From assembly GCF_009834535.1 (NCBI RefSeq), contig NC_045696.1, positions 24,182,001-24,246,000 on the forward strand: 64,000 nt of DNA. The letters are read 5' to 3'. Source of the DNA: Camelus ferus (lineage: Eukaryota). Positions within the stretch are counted from its first letter, which is position 1, and the number at the start of each line of letters is the position of its first letter. Shown here piece by piece: positions 1-12,989 of the stretch. Below the pieces are notes generated by a model, which saw nothing but the letters and a program-made list of their open reading frames with translations, searched no databases and was not told where the DNA came from. A program made the position numbers and the translations under genes.

Positions 1-234
1 GCCAAAAAGAAAAACAAAAAGGGGTTACTTTCAAAAATTATTTTTCAAAATAAACTTTGGTGGTAAAATCTTCACCATGGATCCCCGTGGAGAGAATCAA
101 TTATTTTACATATATGTATTGCTTATATACTGGTCAAATATGTTAAAAGACAGAGTAGATACTTTTCGGTTTCTCTAGCATTTTGTTTTTCTGTTTGAAT
201 AACTAAATACCCATCTTCCTGACTGGTCAGTTGG

Positions 235-440
235 CATGACACTATCTCTTCCTCCAGAGGGCTGGCACTTGCTTCATATTAGCCAATCAGAATGCCCCAA
301 ACCCCACATAGTACGTTCTGTATGTAATGATTGGTTAAGAGTTGTTCATGGCCCTAAAGCACTGTCAGCCAGGTGGCCATTCAGGAAGAGTGGGGAAACA
401 CAAATGATAAATACCCCTATCCTCTGTGGGTGAAGACTGA
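235..440. mobile_element. Degraded ERVL/MaLR-type LTR fragment (LTR16/LTR33/MLT1-like)
   Basis: Motifs ttagccaatcagaatg, gattggttaagagttgttcatggccc resemble old ERVL LTRs; recognised by eye, boundaries approximate. Confidence 0.35.
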
Positions 441-1229
441 CTGTATCATACATCAAATTCTCCATGTTCCCACCACTGCTTTATCAAAGTTGTATTCTCT
501 TCTTTTTATGTCTTCCTATAGCTGGCTTTTTAGGATTTTACTAAGCAATCTCCCTGTTTTGTGGTTGTTTCCCAACCTCAAAAAGAGAAAATACATGTAT
601 TTTTTGCATTGCTATTTTGGGGAGGTGGGTAGTTTGGGGAGAGCTAATTTGGGAATTATGTGTGAATATCATGCACAAATATTATTTCTGCAACTCATTT
701 TTCCAGATAACTCCAACTGGCTAGGCTACCCTTTCCCTTGCTAAGTGAAGTCTCTTCAAATTACGTATATTGCAGGAAGCCAAAGCTCGGGGCTCAGCAT
801 CTCTCTGTAGGATGTGATTTGGTCACAAGTGAGGTGACTAGCTAATTTGGCAAATTGCTGTTCGAGCTTATTTTCAGTTGAACTTCTGCTGAGAGAAGAA
901 AGAACAAGCAGGCGAGCAGAGAACATACTATATGCATCACTGAAACTTATTGCTTATCTTTATTGCATTTGAGTAAATGCTCTTTTTTTCGCTGTTGCCA
1001 AGTAAGTCATCATATTTTAGTTCTGCACTGAATCCCTCGGCAGGAGACGAGATTTGAATAGATCCAGAGTGCAGAAAATAAAAAGAATGCACATTTTGGC
1101 TCAAATGCTCCTTTTTCCATGCCTCTCTCCCACCACCTTCATCGGTCACTTGCAGAATTCATGCTAATCTCTATGAAACGTTTTATACAAACAATAGTGA
1201 GGTTTTATGTTAAAGTTTTTATCTAATCT

Positions 1230-2150
1230 AAAACATATATTTATTCTTCTGATAAAAAATAATACAGGCTCACTGCAAAAAAAAAAAAAATACGGAAATG
1301 TGTAAGGAGAAGACTAAAATTTACCTGAAATTTCACCTATTAGAAACCCATTAACATTTCAATGACTGTCATGTAATATCTCTGTTTATATATACCTACC
1401 TCTACGGTATTATTTTTAAATGATCATAGTGATATGATTTTTTAAATTCCATGAACATCTTTATTTTTATATATTATTTACCTCCACTTCTTTTTCTTTC
1501 TCTTTCTTCCTTCTATCCGTATCTTTCTTCTAATCAATCATAGGCAAATACATTACATAAAGATTTTGCTATTTTATCCCCAAATGAACTCATATTCCAT
1601 ATACATTTCTACATGTTGCTTTTCTAACCTAGCCACATATTATTGAAATATTTCAAAGCCAACCAGGATAAAATTAACACATTTCTTTTTAGTGGTTGTG
1701 TAATAAACCCTATCGTAAACATACCACAGTTTATCCAATGATTCCCCTATGTGTGACTATTCAGGTTGTCCCTAGTTTTGTTGTTATCACAAACAAGGAT
1801 GCAATTGACATCTTTATATGTCAGTGCTTTTATCTTTCTGAAATAGTGTCTTAAAGTAGGATTGTTGATCCAGGCTGGAAAATGGGTGAGTACATACAGA
1901 CATATATTTGATGTTAATAGATATTGCTTCCCAAGATAGCCTACACCATTCACATGTCTACAGCAACATGTAAGGACATCCTTTTCCCTACAGCCCAACA
2001 GGCAACTAGACATAAACCAATTGCTTTTACAATTTGATGAGTGAATAATGATATATTGCTGTTAGTATTTTCCATTTCCCTGTAAATGGTGTAAAATGCC
2101 TACTCATTTCCTTTGCCCATTTTGCTTTAGGCTGTCTTTATTTTATAAAC
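1230..2150 (-). mobile_element. Old L1 (L1ME-type) 3' fragment
   Basis: Reverse-strand L1M 3' UTR-like text (ataccacagtttatccaatg...tattcaggttgtcc...aaagtaggattgttgatc...catttcctttgcccatttt). Confidence 0.6.
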
Positions 2151-5100
2151 CATTAAAAATCACAGTGATGGTTATTGGAAGAGCCCAAAGGATACTGTGA
2201 TCCCCACGTCTGTCCTTCCTAACATCATTCTCACCCTCTGTTCTCATCACTCCTTACAAACAGTTTGCCAACTGCTGTCTCTTTAACCACGTTTACTCTT
2301 TCTCTGAGAATCCTGAGAACCCTCTCACTGGGGCAGCTTGTTTGGGTGAAAATGATTGATGCGCTTTTTGGCTTTGGAGAATATCACTATGTACCAATTG
2401 TCATGAATGGATTATAAGTCTTTAGAGGAAGAAAAGGATTACTTGTGGGTTTTTTAAAACATTTTCTTTCTTATTTATCTCGGTATCTATTTATAGTACA
2501 ACATGAAAAAGTCAGTTTCTTCCCCTAAAGTCCTAGAATAAGCTGTAAATACTTCCTTGAAACATTCTCAGCCTGGGCTGGTGGTCTTCGACGCTGTTAT
2601 TTGCAAATATGCTGTGAAGAGGACATCGCATGACCCAGTTCCTTTCATTTATTCCAGGTCATTGGTAACCAGATGAATCCTAGTTGTGTAGAAGGTCTAG
2701 GATTTGTGTAGACATGGGGTATGCTTTAGATCTGTAGCTTTGTTTGAAAGCATTAAGTTTCTCAGCAAACTAGGTGAAGGCTTGCTGCTTAGTAGACAGC
2801 AGAAATACGTGGCTATTTAGCTCTGTTTGTTCTTGCCAGCTTCAGAGTGCAGACCTGGCCATCTCGGCTCCTTAGCCATGTGTGGCCATTTTTCACCCAT
2901 GCCTGTGATCGGATTTAACTTTTCATTTATCCATCAGATGTCTCATTCTCATCACTTCATCCAAGACGGGCCTCCTATCCAGTTCCTTACTGACAGATCT
3001 GACAAAGTGGCTGATAAATCTTCCGTCTAAATGGCAGATTCCAAACAATATAGCCAGGACAAGTACGTCAGAGCTGGAAATATAATATGCCCTCTCGTTC
3101 TCAGTGCTCACTCAGAAAAGGTGGTATACACATGCTGACAGCAGGGCAACGTTTCAGAAACTTGGAACTCGGCACGAGAAATAAAACAAGACTCTGGGTT
3201 TTCTCAGAGGTGCTCAGGTGTGCCTCTGAGTCACAGAACGGTCTGCACCCCCAGCTGCAGGCAGTGTGTGGCACCCGAATGGTGGGGCTCTCCTAATTTC
3301 CTCATAAATCTTGCTTTTCTTGAAGCAATTCTTTCCCTTGAAGGGATCTTTTAATTACCATCCTCTGGGCTAACCAACCAAGCTGCAAAACCCTGAGAGC
3401 AGCTGAGAGAGGCCTCCTCCCACCCCGGTCCTGCAGCCTCAGCAGATTTCCCTGCCTGTGGAAGCAGTTTCTGTCCGCCACTTCCTGCCAAAGCACCGAA
3501 CTGAATGGAGGGTGTTGTTCAGATGCCTCTTCGTTTATCCATAAGGACAGAAAACTTGATAGGGAACATTTACCTAGTCTGAAAAGTGTCCCAAGGCTCT
3601 CGTGTCAAACAAAACAAAAGATCCCACAGGCCCTTGGGGGTTAATAACATCCTGTCCTTGTGAGGGAAAGTTTTTTTTTTTTTTTTTTTTTTTCATTTTT
3701 CTTCTCTAGCGTGGTAGGATGTTACTCTAGGGAAAGCCACGCTGTGACTTGTTATGCAGAAGTAACCAAGAATTTCCTCTGTTCTAGATGCACTCTTGCT
3801 GGAACCCCTCCGAAGCCACATTTTATTACAATTGTCAATGGCAATCAAATAGAGTCACACTTTCCCTATCATACTTAAGCTCCTTAGCACCCAAAAGCAA
3901 CTATCTGAACAGCAACTCATTGCTGCCAAATACAGATAAACAAAGAAAACATTTGCAAATGAATTTGGGTTATGTATTTCTCCATGCTTTTGTCTGCATA
4001 CAATGTTGATACAAAGCCGTATTGTCTACCAATGAGAGGCAGTCAGCCAGGTCTCCTCCAAGTCTCATCTCCATTAAAAAGTTGCACCAATCCCTTGTAG
4101 GTTTTAGCTTGGTGAAAGGTTGGGATTACAGTTTGTAATGAGATGAGTCACTGCACCAAACATAATCATGAAACAGTAGAGCTAGAAAAGGCTTATAGAT
4201 CAGATCCAACTTTTTTGTCTGTCTCCATGTTAAGTTAATGAAACCATCTAAGGCTACATTTTCCAAAGCATATTTCATGAAACACAAGCCAAACTATACA
4301 CAATGCCAAAAAAAAAAAAAAAAAGGAGATGAAGAAAGATTCTGGAAAACAGGAAAGTCACAGTAAATATTATAATATTAAAAGTTAAAAGCTTTCTTAT
4401 GACCTTCAGTATAAAATATGGTTTAACTTGGTTTAACCTAGTGTTTCTCAAGTGGATTCCATCACAGAATGCTTTACATGTAATCCCTCCCTGTGAACAC
4501 CCCATGAAACCACAGTTACACAGAAACACATTTGGGATAATGTTGATCCAATGATTAGAACTGCCAAAGATCTCCGGAGAAAAATTCTAACTCTCCTTCA
4601 GAGAGCTATGTCATTCTTTCAGAAACGTGCCGCATTCTCCTTGATTTCAAGAGAAACCTTCCTTTTGGTAAATGGGTCTCTGTATTAGAAAGCACTGGGG
4701 CTCCCTGGGTCCTATTGTTCAGGGGAAAGATAATGCTTGTTACTCAGCTCCTCACTCTTTCTAAAGTGAAGGACACTTATCACTCCTTCTGGGAGGAACA
4801 CTAGAGGAAGACATTTCCTATCTCTCGCTCTCTATCACAGCTTTTCTTCTTGGTGAAATTGGGGCAAAATCACTGCTCTTGTGGAGTCTGGTCTCTTGGT
4901 TCTCTTTTCCTTGACCTATACATGAAGTAGACTGTAAGCATCCATGGTCCTGTGGGTAAGCTTCTTGCTTTGTAGTCCCAACTCAGTCCTTGACTGTCTC
5001 TTGAGTCTAGATTTACGGAGTTGAGTCGTGGAAATTGAGTGGTAAGTGAAGCAATAGCACACCTTACTTGGCTCTTAGGCCCAAGCTCCACCCTCCAATA

Positions 5101-6034
5101 CAAGAAACCATGAGGGTTTAGGGTAGTAAAGCTCATTCTATCCTTGAATTCTCACCTGATTGCTGTGTCTGTTTTCAATTTTGTTACGGAAATGTGGAAA
5201 CCAGGAAGTGAAGAGGAAAATAATTCATTGGCACATTCCATCCCCAACACCTATTATCCTTATAATACCCTTTCCTCAGTTGAAAATGATTATGAGGTCA
5301 CCCCTGCAGCAATTTCTTCCCCAGCTCAAATAATTCCAAGTTCTTTTCCCTTTTGTTCCCCGTAGGTCTATTTGCCAACTCTAATTATTTTTGTTGCTCT
5401 TCTCTGGTTCACTTCCAACTTTCCCAATCACTTAAAAAATATAAAGCCCCAAATGGGACAAAGTCTTCTGTGGGCTTGGCTTAGTCTAAGCTTCTAGATG
5501 GTTTGCTGGCCACCACAGCATTTTATGATTAGCAGTATATGCCAGTGGTATATGCATCCCCATGTTATATTAGCTTTCATAGCTATGGACTGGCCCCAAT
5601 GACCCCACTCTGTGGTTTACTCTAATTTGCACTCCTGAATTGTGAGTGTGTTTAACAGCCATGATATTATGAGGTTGGCATCAGCTAAGCTTTTCTCACT
5701 AAGTAGCAATGCTGCTCATTTTTTCTAAGTGCTTCCCTTTATATGCTATTCCTTGTGGATCCTAGTGGGTGTCTTTTTAACTGCATCTCAAAAATATTAA
5801 GTTTACTTTGGCTTTTCCTTGTGGTTGAGGCTAGGAAAATTTCTCATTTATTTTAAAGCCTTCAGAATATTTAGCCAAATTTACAAATGGTCATTATAAC
5901 CCTGAGTTTGTTATTTTAATTCCTACCTATTGCTAATCGACGCTTAATGTTAAGACCTTTGCATATATAAAGTAGAGCATCTTTACTTTATAGCTTTGCA
6001 GTTTGCAGATTGCTTTCTTAATACATATGTTCCT

Positions 6035-6300
6035 TTACTCATTCACTAGACATACATTTATTGACAGTGTGTCAGGCCTTGTGCCGGGTGCTAATGAGAT
6101 AAAAATGAATACAGCGCTGGAACTGACCTCAAGACGCCCACAGTCAAAGGGGCGATGGGAACAACAGCAGGACCGTGTGGCAAGTGCCTGGAGAGAAGGC
6201 TGTGTTTTTCACACAGAATGAGAGGAGAGTTTGCGAGTCTGGGAGCAGATGAGTGAGGTCCCCAGAGGAGGAGCCCCGTAGGCTGCTATGAGGGAGCACA
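6035..6300 (-). mobile_element. L2 3' end fragment
   Basis: attcactagacatacatttattgacagtgtgtcaggccttgtgccgggtgct matches the reverse complement of the L2 3' terminus. Confidence 0.55.
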
Positions 6301-6569
6301 AAGAGAGAAAACTAGAAACAAAAAAAGGGGAGACATTTTGAAGCCTTCAGATACTGAGCATTGATTCAGCATACAAACTCGCTAGCTGGGGTTTGTTCAT
6401 CACCCCAGTGGCAAATCTGAGGACCAGAGAGGCACACAAATCAAATGTTACAAGAAAGATGAGTTATAGTATTTTGACTCCTCCTAGACCAATTCTCTTT
6501 TTACATGAAATGTCTATTATATTAGTGAATTGAAGAATGCAGAAATATTTATGATTATAGTGTCCAAAA

Positions 6570-7210
6570 TTTTTTCTAAAGTTTACTTTTCATTATAGAA
6601 ATTAAAATGTGCTTATTGTAGGACATTTGCAAATAGAAATGAATCAAGAATTAGTTAAAATCATTAGGTAATAACATTTTGAAATATTTCCTCTGTCATT
6701 TGTATATATAAATATGTAGATGAATTTTATAAAATTGGAGCTAATATGTATATACTATATTGTATCCTGTTCTTTTCCTTAAAATATATTGTGAATATTT
6801 TTCTCTTGCAAATAAATATGCCTATTTACAATGCTTTTAAATCATTTCTAATAAGTGATTTTTATTCTACTATTTTTAATGGTTGTAGAAGTCTCCACTG
6901 TATAAATCTAATGACACTAATTTGTCCATTTCACTATTGTTGGACATTTAAGCAGTTTCTAACAGTTTGTATTATGAATTAGCACTGCTGTGAACAACTT
7001 GCTTACATTTTTATTTTTTCTTTAGGATAAGGGATCACCAACTCAGAAAGTGTAGTGCTCTTAAGGCTCATGACACTTACTGGAAAATTGCCCCAATTTG
7101 CTATCCCACTAGCAGTGAGAAAAATGCCCATTTCACCACATTGCCAATACTGTGCATAGGATAAACGATTTTTTTGCCAACAAATAGCTTTTGTATTTGA
7201 TTCTTTGCTA
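6570..7210 (-). mobile_element. Old L1 (L1ME-type) 3' fragment
   Basis: tatttttaatggttgtag...tgttggacatttaagcagtttc...tgctgtgaacaac...cccatttcaccacattgccaatactg is typical antisense L1M 3' sequence. Confidence 0.6.
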
Positions 7211-8836
7211 ACTTTGGAAGACATGTGTCTCAGAAGTAACAGATTTAAGGATAGTGTGTTAGGGTGAGAGAGGAGTTGGGGGAGGAATGGGGAAAAGTGG
7301 GGGGTGGGGCAGATGTATGTAGTTTCCAACCATATTTGCATTCCATGACAGGGCCCTTCTATTTCCGGCCATCCTAGGCCACTGTGGGAGATGTCCATCT
7401 GGCATAATCATACAGGGCCATGTAAAGTCTGTGTAATTCACACCTGGCTTGTGACAAGTAAGGTATCAGAGCATAAGTCCCTCCAGTCCTGAGAAGAAGA
7501 ACACTTGTCATATGGCCTGAGGCAGGCAACAGGAAGTTCTCCTTCAAGGGAACTCTGCACGGCCAGAGGCTGGACACTCAGTGAGCTCCCAGCATCCTGT
7601 GGCTATCCACCCACTCAGTCCTCCTGGGAAGTTGCCCCCTCCTTGAAGGGCAATTTCCTGTGACCATAAATCAGGCTTACCCCACCGCCCCCACCATCCA
7701 TTTGCCAAGTCTCCTCCGTCCTCACTTCCCAACTCGCCCCTAACCCAAAGCAAACATTTCAGTCTCCTTTGGATGACATTTTAGGGCAGAACTTTAAAAA
7801 ATGTTTTAAGGAGTTTTTAAATTATGGAACATCTGGAACGTACAGAAGTTAATATAACAAATATTCTTCTACCCAGAACCCAGATATAACAAATAGTAGT
7901 ATTTTGATGAATGTGCTTCCAATATTGCTTCCTTTTCAAGAAATAGAATGTTTGAGATGTTGTTGAAGTTCCTTTGTAACACTCCTCATTCGATTCCCTT
8001 CCCTCCCTCTCTCTTCAGAGATAACCAGAGTCTTGAGTTGGTGTAGATCCTTCTGTAAACCAAGTAGCAGTCGCAGGAAACTGCTAATTCTTTTTCCCTT
8101 TTCTGGGTCAGTCAGGTTTCTTCTCATTTATATCTTGAAGACAGTAAGTTGAACACTGAAGAGAAAAGAACTGTTTGTTTAGAAGTGAAGTTTTCTTACT
8201 GATATGTGGTGTCATCAAAATAAAATGACAGGGGGAAGCCTCTGACTGCAGCCGTGACCAGGTGACTGTGGTGGGAGACCAGAGAGCCACGAAACATCAT
8301 AAATATGAAGATCAGGACGGAAGTAGTTGGTTAGGGGAGCAGACTTGTCAGAAATGCAAATCTGGAACAGTCCTCAAAAGTGAAATAAATTCTGAATGAA
8401 TATAAGTTCAATAATAAATAAACATGTAAATAAAACATGGTCACTATTTTGATAACACATTACACAAGCTATAAAATCATGTTTCTGAATACTATTTAAT
8501 CAATATAGGGACAGGCCCATTATATAATGTCAGAATTTTTGAGAAGGAATAAAAAGGGGAAAATGATAAGCTGCATATACAGTGCAATCCATATATATGT
8601 CCATATACATATCCATAAATGAAAGTAGACAAATGTGACAGAAATAGATAGATGAGAGATAAGACCCTTTTTGTGTTTCTATGTGTGTGTGTTTGTGCTT
8701 GTCTTTGAAACAAGACTAGGATAAAATCAAATGAAAATGTTTATGGTTTTTGAGTAATAGGATTACAATAAATTTTGTTTTTCTTTAATTTTCCCAAATT
8801 TTCTAGAAAGTTGTGCAAGTATTTCTTTATATAATA

Positions 8837-8861
8837 TGTGTGTGTGTGAGTGTGTGTGTGT
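8837..8861. repeat. Interrupted (TG)n microsatellite
   Basis: tgtgtgtgtgtgagtgtgtgtgtgt seen directly. Confidence 0.9.
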
Positions 8862-9905
8862 AAGAAAGAAGTGAAGTTAGAGACAGGTTGAACTTAATTC
8901 AATAGTAAAGGCAATTTTGCATCCCTTTGGCTATCTGGGAAGAAACCAATTTTCCTGAGAGCTCCGTGGTCTGCCATCATGAAAGCCAGAGAAATGTTGA
9001 TAAATTGAAATGAATGGGTGCAAAGTGAACCTTTGTCCTGGGTTCCTGTGACGGAAGACCTAGTTGTAAAACAGCTGATTGCATGATTTCAATGGCCTTT
9101 TCACTGAATCCAGTTGAATAGTTTACCAATGTGATCAACTGAGCATGACTGAATCATCAAGATGGAAAAAAAAAGAGATTCAACTAAAAGCAATTGATCT
9201 AATGGCCACATATAAACACAGAAGCAATTTCAGGATCAAGATAATGAGAAAATCAAGGTAAACACATGTTTTGTAAAACTTATATAAATATGCTTGAGAA
9301 CAATAATGGATAATCCTGATTTTCAATACAGCAATTACTCTAATTATTTTCAACTGGCTATTTATTTATAATGCTTGGTGGCAGACAACATGTATTTATA
9401 GTTCTCATTTTGACGGCTTTTGTGGTTTTAATTTCATTTCTTCACTTTTGAGTGGTTGCAGACTGAAATAATTTTTGCTTATAAAATTTCAATTTCTGAT
9501 AACTTTAAGTGAAACACCAGACCAGCTAAGACTGAGTGGAAAGAGTTATTCATAAAACAAAACAGGTTGAAAGTCATAATACAAGGGATCTCACCTTGGG
9601 TGAAAATGAAAATGCCTCAACAGACGGACACACATAAACACATTGTCCTCCACTGACATTAACAGGCATTAACGTGCATTAATAAAATCGTAGCATCTTA
9701 GAGGTGAAAAGGGAATTAGACATTATCCAATTCAATTCCTTCCTCATTTTTTTTTTACATAAGAAAACCAAGGCCAAAAAAAAAAAAAGTGACCTGCTCA
9801 AATTGTAGCCAAGTGTTCTTAAATCTCAAACTATTAAAAAAACAAACAAACAAACAAACAAAAATAAAACTCTTCTGAATAGTTGCATGTGGTCATCTTT
9901 TTTGT

Positions 9906-10075
9906 TCAAGCTGCACACTGTCTTAAGCTTGGGCAGTCAGCACCAAGCACTGTCATGTCACACAAACCAGCAGGGCTTAGTGGAACAGATGCCTCTCTGA
10001 AAGTCCCTCTGACCTGGGGACCTTCTGTCCATCCAGACCATACTGCAGCTGACCAAGACAATTTAGTTTGGACAG
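9906..10075 (+). repeat. Copy 1 of a local dispersed direct repeat (partner at 12541-12711)
   Basis: Core 9957-10075 aligns without gaps to 12593-12711 with 15 mismatches in 119 bp (hand count). Confidence 0.9.
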
Positions 10076-12540
10076 CAGGTGAATCTGATGATGAAAAAAA
10101 AGAGACCACTTAAAAGCCAATTGCTTTCAGAGGGCTTTTTTAATATTGGAGTCCGCTATAAAATTGGTGATTATTGTATGTCATTATAGGAGGCCAATTT
10201 TTATGTGAAAGATCTATTTTGTTGATTAAATGAAATTCTTTTTAGTGCCATTGGGTCACACATAACATATGTCCAGTCAATTATTTTAGGAGTAGTTGAA
10301 GATTTCTCTTTTCACAGTAATAGTTTTTTTGGCAATCAATAGAGCTTTGAAGAACCATTTTTCTTGATAATGACCTAGCTCTTTTTTATAAGAAATTTTT
10401 TTTCCCAAAGATGGATAGGGCTAGGTCATGGGAAAGGGTGATCAAACATGCTCTATTATAATTTTTCCAGAAAGATTGCTGGTTTTGCATTCTAAAATGA
10501 GAGCATAAAACAATAGTTTTTAGTAACGTGGAATGACTAAAAACAGATGTGGGTTTGTCTTGACAGATGTCAAATAAAAATATTGATACTAAAGAAATAG
10601 CCATCCTTTTTCCAGGAAATCTCATCTCTTTTCATCTTACTTAGATCAATAAGACAAATTTAAGCTATATGGTGGTCAATAATCTAGCCAGGTAGAAGTC
10701 TCAGTCTTAGTTGGAGATTTAGTTTCAGGTCTAATTCTGACACACTGATTTTCAGTGGAACATTTAGCTTTTAATTGCTTCACAAATAAACTGTTTTTAG
10801 CTACTGATTGTGTTTATGAAAAAAAAATTAGGTTGACTAAAAAAAGACTTGTATTTATATATAGTTCTTTGCTTCCAGTTTGTGCTCGGATTGAAATAAG
10901 TAATCCAGGGCATCTGTTGACCTGCTCTTATTCCATATGTGCAATTTACACTGAATGACATTTTCACCTGAATGAGTTGAAAGGCTTGTATTGAATGGCT
11001 TAACGAGCAGCCTTTTGTTGATATAAACAATACCTAAATGAACAATTTGGTTAAATATCTCTGCAACCCTGTCTGAGCATCATTCCCCAGTCTGTTTAAG
11101 ACCCAGGGAACCTTGCTGCCCTACCCTTTCCCTCTCATTCCCATTCTCCAGGCAAGCTACTTGAAGTTAGAGCCAATCTTCATGCCTGGTACGTAGGCAC
11201 TGTGGCGCCAGAGGACAGAGTTTAAAAGCTAAAGGCTGCCTGTAGACTGCACTCACTGCCTAGGCTGGAAGGGGCACAGCTGTGATAATGGGCTAGTTTG
11301 TGTGCAGGTGTTCAATCCCAGTATCACCCAGCCCACTGAAGAGGGAGGCAGGCCAGGCTCATTTTATACCCTCATCACACCCTAGGTAGAGAGGAGAGGC
11401 GGCTGTTCTGTGTCTCTTGGAATTCAAGCTGGGAGGGAGTCACATGCGATTCTGATCCTTGATGGACTCAGAGGCATCAGATAGCTGTTTTATCTACATA
11501 CTGACCCACTGGACCAGCAATGCCTGAAACACTTCTATTCCCATGTGACTAGGCAGTGCCATGGGGACTCCAAGCTGGGAAATCTGGTAGCACAAAATAG
11601 GTCTGCGAGACGATTCTGTGCAGCTGTTTCTGCCCATCATGCAAATCTCTGCTCAGCATGCACATTCACTTGGTACATTTTCAAAGTCACATAGACAGAG
11701 ACATATATTTAAAGCTCAATAAACCTCATGGAGCCCCTCTTGGAAAAGAACAGAAAAGTTTGAGGTTTCCTCTCACACACACGCACATCTGGAACAGCTT
11801 TAGTAAGATCTCCTTGGTGATCCTTACCTATACGTAAACAAGCTCTACGGAGGCTGGGCTCATCTGATGCCATCTAATTCCTAAGTCTATAAGCTGAATC
11901 CTTGATTTGAGAGGATGAAATGAGAAGCAGTTTTCCAAACTTTTGAATGCATGGTAATTCCCAGTAAGTCCCAACAGTTGATTCTAAGGATTCTGGACTA
12001 AACCAAATTATAAATGTCGACATCTTGATATATATCTTTGAGATCCTTTCTACTACCAGTCCCTATTAAGAATGTTCTAAACATAGTGTGAACATACCAT
12101 CTCTGCGCTAATGTCTATAACATATCAAGGAGTTTAGAAGTAGAATTCTTAGAACACAAGTATCACTAATCATGGAGGAGAAAGACAATCAAAAAAAGAC
12201 CTCCTCAGGAGCTGAAATGAGTGATCTGCCCATGGCTGAGCCTTCAGCATTCCAACAGTTGAAAACTCTGACCCTTATCCTAACACTACCTAAACTTCCA
12301 CCACCACCGCAGCTAATGCTACAAGAGTACCCTGGCAAGAGAAACCTCAGTACCCTCATCTCTGTAAACCTGGTCCTGCCTGAAATCAACCCTGCTTATG
12401 GAACAGAAAACGCTGGCAAGTGATGCCAAGTTTGAGTCAGGTCTCCAGGCAAGTGATGACAAGGCATCTAAACACTGCAGCCTGGAAAAGCTGAGGCAAC
12501 CAGAGTGGACAGGTGACGTAGGCTATGTTCTTAAGACGTT

Positions 12541-12711
12541 TCAACCTGCATGATGTCTAAATCCTGGGCAGCTCGCACTAAGTGGATACCAGGTCACACA
12601 AGCCAGCAGGGCTTAGTAGAACAGACACCTCACTGAAAGGCCCTCTGACCTGGAAACCTTCTGCCCACCCAGACCAAACTGCAACTGACTAAGACAGTTC
12701 AGTTTGGACAG
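12541..12711 (+). repeat. Copy 2 of a local dispersed direct repeat (partner at 9906-10075)
   Basis: Same orientation, core offset 2636 bp, about 87% identity. Confidence 0.9.
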
Positions 12712-12989
12712 AACACAAATGCCTGATCGTGTCAGGGCCTAGCCAACATACAACCCAGGGTCTTCCAAGACTTTACAGGATCCCTTTTATCCTAGGAAAG
12801 TGGCAGCATATCCCAGCAGTACTATTAACAATCGCTCCTTATTCTAGGCATGTCCTGGATCCCTGCCCAAACCCTGATCTATTGCTCTGCTCTTTGTCTA
12901 TCTGGCTCCATTTTCTAACTTTGATATCTGTGACCTTTATCATTTAGTAATTGTCCTTTTGGTGATTTTTGGCCTTAGCTTCCCTCACA

